This document shows, piece by piece, positions 41,252 to 49,300 of a stretch of 52,070 bases of DNA (within the stretch, counting starts at the first letter, position 1; every line of letters starts with the position of its first letter). Made by a program: the position numbers and the translations under genes. The notes below the pieces were generated by a model. That model was not told where the DNA came from. It was given only the letters and a program-made list of their open reading frames with translations, and did not search any database. The stretch comes from Candidatus Peregrinibacteria bacterium CG_4_9_14_0_2_um_filter_41_14 (lineage in GTDB: Bacteria > Patescibacteriota > Gracilibacteria > UBA1369 > UM-FILTER-41-14), in the NCBI GenBank assembly GCA_002788755.1, contig PFRW01000050.1:1-52070 (forward strand), read 5' to 3'.

Positions 41252-41663
41252 ATTTGGAATCTGGAAATATGGATATTAGAAATTTTTGATCAGTAATTTT
41301 GCTTTCCTTTATCTGCACATAAAAGAACTCATCCGCTAACGTAATTCCGCCAAAACGATGAAGTATATGATTTGAATTACTTGGATCATCCTTTGATATT
41401 GGGGTATTTTTCGAGTTTTTGATCAATTCGATGCCGCAGGGATAGAACTTAAGTCGCCTGGTTCTATCTTTCCAGTTTTTCTGATTAAGATGTTGCCAGA
41501 ATAATCCTAAAAATATTTTCTCGTTCCGAAAATAGGCAGATCGTATGTATGGTCTACGTTTTGTATTCGCCTTAATTTGCCTATACAGACTGAAAGCCTT
41601 TTTATACACATCAATGTATTTTGTGCCAGTAAATGGCTTGGTGCTAGTTTGATATACTTTCAT
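41250..41663 (-). CDS. Small basic hypothetical protein, putative ribonuclease-like (BECR/RelE-like fold, inferred)
   Basis: 137 aa from MKVYQ with KRRPYIRSAYF, FWQHL, RRLKFY, ILHRF.G and FYVQIKE...FLISIFP. The C-terminal beta meander ending ISxFP resembles BECR-fold RNases. AT-rich. Confidence 0.6.
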   Translation of the reverse strand: MKVYQTSTKPFTGTKYIDVYKKAFSLYRQIKANTKRRPYIRSAYFRNEKIFLGLFWQHLNQKNWKDRTRRLKFYPCGIELIKNSKNTPISKDDPSNSNHILHRFGGITLADEFFYVQIKESKITDQKFLISIFPDSK

Positions 41664-41784
41664 AGTTATTATCTTACTTAGCAGCAAAGTATACATCAAA
41701 AATTTTTTATATTTTTGAAAGAAATCTATTCAACCTTGCGTATCAGTTAATGCAAGCTTGCATTTATTGTCTAACTTAAACAAA

Positions 41785-42318
41785 ATGACAAATACAACAA
41801 AGTCCACATTGGTCACGCTCCTGGCGTTATCGCTCTTAATTGTGGGCACTTCGGTTGTCTCGGCGCAGGACGCCAATAAGGCAACCGGCCAATTTTTGAG
41901 ATCACCTTGGGGAAATCCCGAGTCGGTTAAGGCGGTTGAGCAGGGCGATTTTAATGCATGGCGCGATGCCGTTGCGCCCAAAGCAACATTCGACGCTTTA
42001 GTAAAAGCCAACAAACTTAAAGCGGATGGTGATCTTAAAGGTGCCAAAGCGGTTTTAGATGAAGCCGGCGTTAAAGGCCCAATGGGTGGCGGGCAACACA
42101 TGATGTTTAGAGGCGAAAGCCAGAATCACGAAGCCATTCACGCCGCAATAGAAAACAACGAATTTACAGCATGGAAGGCGGCAATGGCCGACTTGCCAAA
42201 TGCTGATAAATTTGTCACTGAGGAAAACTTTAACAGTATGGTAAAAATGCACGAACTTAAGGAATCCGGAGATAAGGAAGGCTTAAGGACTTTAAGAATG
42301 GACCGTTTGAAAAAGTAG
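41785..42318 (+). CDS. Secreted hypothetical protein with two internal helical repeats
   Basis: Signal peptide; repeats AVEQGDFNAWRDA / AIENNEFTAWKAA and LKADGDLKGA / LKESGDKEG. Confidence 0.75.
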   Translation: MTNTTKSTLVTLLALSLLIVGTSVVSAQDANKATGQFLRSPWGNPESVKAVEQGDFNAWRDAVAPKATFDALVKANKLKADGDLKGAKAVLDEAGVKGPMGGGQHMMFRGESQNHEAIHAAIENNEFTAWKAAMADLPNADKFVTEENFNSMVKMHELKESGDKEGLRTLRMDRLKK

Positions 42319-42338
42319 CGTCTTCAAGAAACGTAATC

Positions 42339-42378
42339 AAAAAATCTCGCTCGGGAAGATCCCTGAGTGGGATTTTTT
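42339..42378 (+). terminator. Intrinsic terminator
   Basis: AAAAAATCTCGCTCGGG-aagatc-CCTGAGTGGGATTTTTT: a stem of about 12 bp followed by a U tract. Confidence 0.8.
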
Positions 42379-42484
42379 GGTGAGGGTGGAAAGTATGGTA
42401 TCCATAATAGACGAAGGACATTTGATCCTCAACCCACTGCTATCGACAATACAATCACCGGTACTAATGCAGAGATAACCTCCA

Positions 42485-43195
42485 CTACAACAACAACCCC
42501 ATAAACGGCTTAAACGTCTCGTGATACTGCTTGGAATAGGCTAGGGCAAAAATGGAATTGCCGCTGATGGTGACGACAAAGACTTCGTTGATTTTGGCTT
42601 TGTGGTTGAGGTAGAAGGAGTTGTCGCCAAATTGATTGGTTTCGTTTACATCGATGCTGGTTATGGTTTTGGCTTGGGTTTTGATTTGGGTATAGAGTTT
42701 GCGGGCGTCTTGTTGATTTTTGAGCGTAAATTCGTAGACGGCGCCGAGGACATTTTTATTTGCGCCTTCACCAAGAACCAGCTGACCAAGGGCAACGTCA
42801 TCAGGGTTAACGTCTGTTTCAATCACATCAAAAACTTTGCCGCTAAAATTTACCGGTTGGTACTTAATATTAGGAATGTCGAGAGAAGGCAGTAAATCAA
42901 CAACTTTTTGGCTAACTTTTACACTGACGCCGCTAATTTGAGTATCGTCGTTAACGGGCAAATCGATGTTTTCTACAGTTTCGGTTACAGGAGTGGTGTC
43001 TGTAATTGGCTCAATATCCTTGATTTCGTCGAAAGATGCGGGAGGAGTGCTGTCTAAATTATCTAAATTGGTTAAGAGATTGGCGCTGGCACTGCTAGGA
43101 TACAGCTTGGACAAGTAATCTTGCGTGACAAGTTCGGCGGTAATACTTAAAACAATTACGGCAAAGATAATCGAAAAGATGGTAAACTTTTGCAT
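42485..43195 (-). CDS. Membrane-anchored hypothetical protein co-transcribed with nusG
   Basis: N-terminal TM, acidic linker and C-terminal alpha/beta domain (ETNQFGDNSFYLN); starts 4 nt after the nusG stop. Confidence 0.75.
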   Translation of the reverse strand: MQKFTIFSIIFAVIVLSITAELVTQDYLSKLYPSSASANLLTNLDNLDSTPPASFDEIKDIEPITDTTPVTETVENIDLPVNDDTQISGVSVKVSQKVVDLLPSLDIPNIKYQPVNFSGKVFDVIETDVNPDDVALGQLVLGEGANKNVLGAVYEFTLKNQQDARKLYTQIKTQAKTITSIDVNETNQFGDNSFYLNHKAKINEVFVVTISGNSIFALAYSKQYHETFKPFMGLLL

Positions 43196-43199
43196 AGGT

Positions 43200-43745
43200 C
43201 TATTTCTTTTTAACTTGTGTGAACTCTAGTTCCACAGGTGTTTCGCGACCGAAAATGGTAATAAGGACCTTAACTTTACCTTTTTCATGATCAACTTCCT
43301 TAACATTGCCTTCGTAATTTTGGAATGGACCATCCAAGACAGTAACTTGATCCCCTTCTTGAAAATCGATTTTGAATTTAGGTTGGCTTTTGCCCATATG
43401 TCTTTCAACAACACGCCACTCTTCCGGCGATACCGGTACAGGGATTGTACCTGCGCCCACAAAGCCGGTAACGTTGGGTGTATTACGAACCACGTACCAA
43501 GAATCATCGTTTACGGTCATTTCGATAAGCACATAACCGGGGAAGATTGTACGTTCAACCTCTTTTGGTTGACCGTTTTTCATGATAATTTGCTTTTCTT
43601 TTGGAACGACAACACCAAAAATTAACTCTTGCATGTTCATAGACTCGATACGTTGTTCCAATGCTTTTTTTACAGCGTCTTCGTAACCGGAATAAGTATG
43701 AATTACATACCAGTTTCGTCCTGTATTAGCGGCTTGTTTAGCCAT
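43200..43745 (-). CDS. nusG: Transcription termination/antitermination factor NusG
   Basis: Motifs WYVIHTYSGYE, FPGYVL, VRNTPNVTGFVG, KOW GPF and IFGRETPVELEF. Confidence 0.98.
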   Translation of the reverse strand: MAKQAANTGRNWYVIHTYSGYEDAVKKALEQRIESMNMQELIFGVVVPKEKQIIMKNGQPKEVERTIFPGYVLIEMTVNDDSWYVVRNTPNVTGFVGAGTIPVPVSPEEWRVVERHMGKSQPKFKIDFQEGDQVTVLDGPFQNYEGNVKEVDHEKGKVKVLITIFGRETPVELEFTQVKKK

Positions 43746-43765
43746 AGAAAATGAGAGTTAAAATG

Positions 43766-44110
43766 CTAGTTTGCTGGTTGTTCAGCTGGGGTAGTTTCTG
43801 CTGGGGTGGGTTCGGGTACAACAACTGTGTTTGTTGTTGTTACTCCTTCGGCGTCAACGCCTACGCTAAGATCGCCTGCGTCGATGGTTGGTGTTTCGGT
43901 GGCGGGGGCTTCTTGACCAAATCCGCTTGTAATACTATAGTTTACGACTGCTTGGTAGCCTGCGTTAAAAACATAGTCTAACCCACCAATAACTAAGGCA
44001 AGTACAACTGTAAAGACAACAGTATACGTGGTCAATTTAATGGTTTGTTGCATTGTCGGCCAAGATACTTTGCTAAGTTCCTTAAAGCTATTTTTGATGT
44101 AGTTGATCAT
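43766..44110 (-). CDS. secE: Preprotein translocase subunit SecE with acidic C-terminal tail
   Basis: ELSKVSWPT followed by a single TM ending in LD; directly upstream of nusG. Confidence 0.93.
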   Translation of the reverse strand: MINYIKNSFKELSKVSWPTMQQTIKLTTYTVVFTVVLALVIGGLDYVFNAGYQAVVNYSITSGFGQEAPATETPTIDAGDLSVGVDAEGVTTTNTVVVPEPTPAETTPAEQPAN

Positions 44111-44222
44111 GTGCACAGGTTAAGTTGATCTAATATTAAAAAGCCCGCTTTTGGGCTTGTTCTATTTAATTATAGCGATTTAAGTTATTTATGCAATCTT
44201 TTTTTAAGTGCCTGAGTTTGGA

Positions 44223-44251
44223 TTGGCTTTGTACCATAGCTGTGTTATAAT
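44223..44251 (+). promoter_or_regulatory. Promoter of the pilin cluster
   Basis: TTGGCT-17 bp-TATAAT with extended -10 TG. Confidence 0.65.
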
Positions 44252-44277
44252 AACTAGATTAAATTAGCTTAAACAAT

Positions 44278-45186
44278 ATGAAATTTGGGCTGAGAAGTTT
44301 ACTTTTGACTATGGCAACAGTACTGACATTATTTGCTGGAAACCTCTACATGGTGCCGCAAACAAATGCTTTTTTTGACTTGGCGACAGATCAATATACG
44401 CAGTTTTTGCCGGGTACAACAGGTAGTACATTGCAAGAGCGTGCCGGTAATCTTTTAAGTAGAGCGACGAATATTGTGCGGCTAGTGATTGCACCAATTG
44501 CCATTTTAATTATGTTAACCGGTAGCATTAGGATGGTAATGGCTCGTGGTGATGAAGAGGCATACAAAAAAGGCACACGGACACTGGTATATGGTACGGC
44601 CGGTATTGCCATTGTGGCTTTATCCGGTGATCTTGCACAACTGTTATCACCGGAAAGTGGGGGTCTGTTGGGTAGTGACGCTGTATTGCGTGAACGTGGT
44701 CTTATTTTTGATAACACACTGAGGATCGTTTTAACTTTTGTGAAATATGTGGCGGGAACGGTTGCCGTTGCTATGTTAGTGCGTATTGGATTCCGATTGG
44801 TGGCTTTTAGTGCCTCGGATGACGAATTGGCGGAAGACAAAAAGAATATGGGTTTAATTGCTGCCGGTCTTGTAGTTCTGATTTTTAGCGATACCTTAAT
44901 TAGAAAAGTTTTATACAAGGTCGACTCGCCTGTAGATGGTGCTGTTAGTGCTGATTTACCACAAGCTATGAAAGAGCTGGTGGGGTTTATTAATTTAATT
45001 GTGACTTTTGTGGGGCCAATTGCCCTGATTACTTTAGTGGCGGGTGGCGTGATGTATGCTGCTTCCGGTGTTAACGAGGAACTGCAAGCTAAGGCCAAAA
45101 AGATGATTGGCGTTTCGCTGGGAGGGATCATTTTAATTTATGGTGCCTTTGCGATTGTAAATACCTTTATTGTTGGTCGATTTTAA
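44278..45186 (+). CDS. Membrane protein with three tandem VirB2/TrbC (T4SS_pilin)-like units
   Basis: Signal peptide followed by three TM-loop-TM hairpins with loops ARGDEEAYKKG, SASDDELAEDKK and SGVNEELQAKAKK. Confidence 0.75.
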   Translation: MKFGLRSLLLTMATVLTLFAGNLYMVPQTNAFFDLATDQYTQFLPGTTGSTLQERAGNLLSRATNIVRLVIAPIAILIMLTGSIRMVMARGDEEAYKKGTRTLVYGTAGIAIVALSGDLAQLLSPESGGLLGSDAVLRERGLIFDNTLRIVLTFVKYVAGTVAVAMLVRIGFRLVAFSASDDELAEDKKNMGLIAAGLVVLIFSDTLIRKVLYKVDSPVDGAVSADLPQAMKELVGFINLIVTFVGPIALITLVAGGVMYAASGVNEELQAKAKKMIGVSLGGIILIYGAFAIVNTFIVGRF

Positions 45187-45193
45187 TCAAATT

Positions 45194-46231
45194 ATGTTGA
45201 AACTGTTTAAAACAATACCGTTAATCGTCATGCTGGCTTGCAGCCTGTTTGTAACCACAGTGCCTAGTGCCTTGGCTTTTAAGATTGATGTTAATGTAGT
45301 GCCAAAAGAAGATAACACGCCTCTAATTGATGAAAAAACTTCGCCACTACAATTTTTTGAGAACATTGGAAATGCGACAGATTTAAATAATATCAAAAAT
45401 GAAACCGGTGCAAACGTTGTGAGCGAAGGTGGTCTTGGCCAAATTACGGGACTGCTAAGTAAAATCATTAATATTATTAAATGGGCGATTGGTGGTGTAG
45501 CGGTAATATTTACAATTTGGACGGCGGTGCGCATGCTAACGGCAACCGATGAGGCTGAAGCAGTAATGACTGATGCAAAAAAGGGACTCACCTATTTATT
45601 AATTGGACTATTTTCGGTTTTTGCAATTGAGATTTTTGTGAATAATGTGCTGGTGATTGGTGATGGCAACTTTTTGGGCAGTGTGGATGCGGCAAGAAAT
45701 GCTGCCGGGGCGGCTAGTGCCGAAATTAGGGGCATCTATAACTTAGGTGAAATATTTTTGGGGATTTTTGCGGTGGGAATCATCATCTTTAATGGCTTTA
45801 AAATGGTGACCAATGCCGGCAATGATGAAGCGCTGGACAATGCCAAAAAGAATATTGGCTGGGGTATTGCCGGAATTGTATTGGTTGGTCTATCGGAGCT
45901 GATTGTGAAAGACATTTTGTTTGTAGATGCAGGGCAAGGTGGCTTTGATATTGAAAGAGCCAAACAACTAATTGTCCAGTTAACTAATTTTATTTCCGGA
46001 TTTATTGCGGTTACGGCGGTAGTCATGTTTATTTATGCAGGTTACTTATACATCTTTTCGGCCGTTGGTGATGACAATACCGAAAAAGTTAAGCAAGCAA
46101 TTTTGGGTGCTATTATTGGCATAATTATTGCTGCCGGTGCTTATGGATTAGTTAATACTTTTGTAAAATTTGAAGCACCAACATTTTCAGAGGTAATTCA
46201 AGGACAAATTGACAGTGGATTGGGGAATTAA
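45194..46231 (+). CDS. Membrane protein with three tandem VirB2/TrbC (T4SS_pilin)-like units
   Basis: Signal peptide; loops TATDEAEAVMTDAKK, NAGNDEALDNAKK and SAVGDDNTEKVKQ, each flanked by TM segments. Confidence 0.75.
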   Translation: MLKLFKTIPLIVMLACSLFVTTVPSALAFKIDVNVVPKEDNTPLIDEKTSPLQFFENIGNATDLNNIKNETGANVVSEGGLGQITGLLSKIINIIKWAIGGVAVIFTIWTAVRMLTATDEAEAVMTDAKKGLTYLLIGLFSVFAIEIFVNNVLVIGDGNFLGSVDAARNAAGAASAEIRGIYNLGEIFLGIFAVGIIIFNGFKMVTNAGNDEALDNAKKNIGWGIAGIVLVGLSELIVKDILFVDAGQGGFDIERAKQLIVQLTNFISGFIAVTAVVMFIYAGYLYIFSAVGDDNTEKVKQAILGAIIGIIIAAGAYGLVNTFVKFEAPTFSEVIQGQIDSGLGN

Positions 46232-46341
46232 GTAACGAAGCAAATCTTGGTTTCGTCAACTGGTTTTATGATTTAATACTCGCCCTTCCTTTCCATAAAG
46301 GGGCTTTTCTGTTATACTTATAAGATTTATTTGAGGAAATT

Positions 46342-49300
46342 ATGCGTAAATTACTTTCTTTAATCGGTAAGTTCCTAACTGGAGCCATTCTTGCAACCAT
46401 GCTAATGGTGGCATTTGGTGGTACTGAGATTGTGGCAGCGCAAGATCTTTGCGGGTCTATCTCTGGTGACTTTGGGGGGTTTATTGATTGTAATGATCAA
46501 ATTACTTCTTTTACTCAGTTTTCGGGTGGCTTGGAGCCGGTGGCGGCTACGGGGCTAGATCCAAATTTAACGAGAACAGATAACGCGAGAGATTTTATTA
46601 AAAGTATTGTTAACTTTGCGCTGAGCTTTCTTGGTTTAATTGCGCTGGTCATTGTGATTTACGGTGGCTTTTTGTATGTAACCGATGCCGGTGCGGGTGA
46701 ACAGTCCGAAAAAGGGAAAAAGGCGATCATGTATGCGATTATTGGTATTTTGATTATTTTGAGTTCGTTTGCAATTGTAAACACGGTGCTAAAGGCGCCG
46801 GGTGACATTGGCACAAGTGGGCAGCCGGGTGGTCCGGGACAAACCAATGTGCAACAGTTAGCAAACTACAACAGTGCGGCCGAGCAAACTAAAGATGCAA
46901 CCTTGGAATTTATTAGAGCTTATGAAAATTACTTTAATCAAAGTGTACTGCTGCAAAAAATTATGACTTACAAGGCAGATAAGCTAACAACCAGACAAGA
47001 CATAATTGACTACCTTCAATTTGTACGTCGCAATTTAGCTGATCTTGAACGTCGGAATGGCACATCAGAGGGGACGGCTAATCTTTCGCAAGCATCGCTG
47101 GCGGCACGAATTACGATTGATAATGTTGTGGACCCGTCGTTGCAATTAATGGAAGACACGATTCAAGCCGAAACAACCGAGGAAGCCTATGTTAAGGCTT
47201 ACCGTAATGGTATTGGGAGCTTTATTGATGATTCACGCAAACTTGTGGACGATGTGGTAGAAGGTGTGTCTTCTGCCGGTACTGCAATTAAGAGTGTCTT
47301 TACGGGCGGTGATGCCGGTTTAAATAAGCGTGCTGAAGATATTAACTGTTACTTACCACCGGAATTCCGCGCTGCAGATAGATCCTTTGATTGTAAAGGA
47401 GCGCTAGAAAGCACGAAGACGAACAAAGGTAGTGATATTATCGACAGTGTAAATGCCTATATTGAAGACATTGTGATTAAGAATGGCATTAACGTTGATT
47501 ACAATGACCGGCTTGAGGTGATTGTTAATAGCACACGTGATATTCAAGATAACCTATTAAACTTTGGGACTGTGCAAGTAACTCCGGAAGTGGATCGAAC
47601 CTTTACAGAGGTAATAAATTTATTGGGCGATGCTCGTGCGGAAAATATTGCATATCAAATTAATGTTGGTCCAAATGAGTTTGGCAGTAACCCAAATGTG
47701 ACAGCATCGGAAGCATTTCAACGAACAGCCGTTGTCCGTGATTTATTATTAAAATTTAATGATCTATATGAGCTGCTCAATAATATTGATTTTGTGGCGG
47801 CCTTTGTGACAGCAACAGCAACAAGAGGTAATGCGCCACTGGTGGTGCAATTTGATGGCTCCGGCTCATACGATCCTGCCGATCAATCTTTAACAGATGA
47901 AAACTACGAATGGGATTTAGATGGTGATGGTCAATTTGGACGCATTAATCCGGACAACGTGATGGACTGTAAAGAAGAGAAACATGCAGTTGTCACTTGT
48001 ACATATAAACAACCCGGTTCATACCGTGTAGCCTTGCGTGTTACCAGTAACCGTCCGGAACAAATTGCACCGGGACTTGCCTATATTACCGTAAGCGTGC
48101 AAGAGCCGGTGGCTAAAATCGATTTAAAGACTGTAATTGATAGTGAGGAAATAGTTGTGCGCAGTTATAATGCATCCGGTTTTATTGAACGGGATATTGA
48201 CGAAGTGAGAGTAACCTTAAATGAGGCATCCGCCGGCGAAGGCATGGTGTTTGATGCCCGTGGTACGGCGCTAAATTCCGAAGGCAAACAAATTGTGCGC
48301 TACAGTTGGGATTTTGGCGACAGAACCGCCAAGCTAACCGGCAGTGAACAAGAGGCCGGGCGCGTGGCACATGTTTATACTCAAAATGGAACATATAGTG
48401 TGGTGTTGGAAGTAGAAGATGAAACAGGTAATAAGGATCGTAAAATTTTCCGTGTAGTTGTCACTTCTTTGGCGGCAAATTTGCGAGTTAGTGAATTTAG
48501 AGGCGACCTAAATACCGAATTTACTTTTGATGCCGGCCGCTCTAAGAGTGATGGTGGTCAAATTACACAATACAATTGGTCGATTGCCGGCGTGGATGAT
48601 TTGGATGCGGAAAATGCGCCGACCTTAAAACACCGATTTGAAAGTCCGGGCACATATACTGTGACCGTGCAAATTCAAGATTCGGCCGGTAATGCCGACA
48701 CGGTTTCTACCGAAGTACTGGTAGAGTCGCAAACGCCAAAGGCATTCTTTACGGTTGAGTTTATTCCAAGTCAACCAAGTACGGTCATTTTGGATGCTTC
48801 CAATAGTTATGATCCGGACGAAGGTGATGTACTTAGTTTTCAATGGACCGTATTTAATGCCCGCGAAGGTACTGATTTTGAGGTATTATCCGGCAAACTA
48901 AAAGGCCCTCGGGCTGATGCCGAAAAACTTAAACTCAAATTTAACAAACAACGTAACTATGTTGTGGAACTTAAAGTAGCGGACCAATACGAAGATGATC
49001 GTTTACGAAAAGAAACCAGCTTACAAGCAGATGTAAATATTCAATCACTAGTAGATGTGACAATAGGTACGGATCATCAACAAGCAGCCATTTTAAGAGA
49101 CGGTAAAGCTGATGTCACTCTGCATTTTGTCTCTGACTTTGCCAAAACCATAGAAGTGGATTTTGGCGATCAGTCGCAAGAGGCGGGCGCTTTTACAAAT
49201 GGTAGCTTTAAGGTTAATCATACTTATACGCAGTCTGGTTTATACCGTGTAGTTGCGCATGCTTTTGGACCGGAAGGTGATGAAAACAGTGTCACAACAA

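Noticed and set aside
42380..42484. Possible small ORF (MVSIIDEGHLILNPLLSTIQSPVLMQR) or gene remnant after the terminator
   Set aside because: No promoter or recognisable similarity; too short to support.
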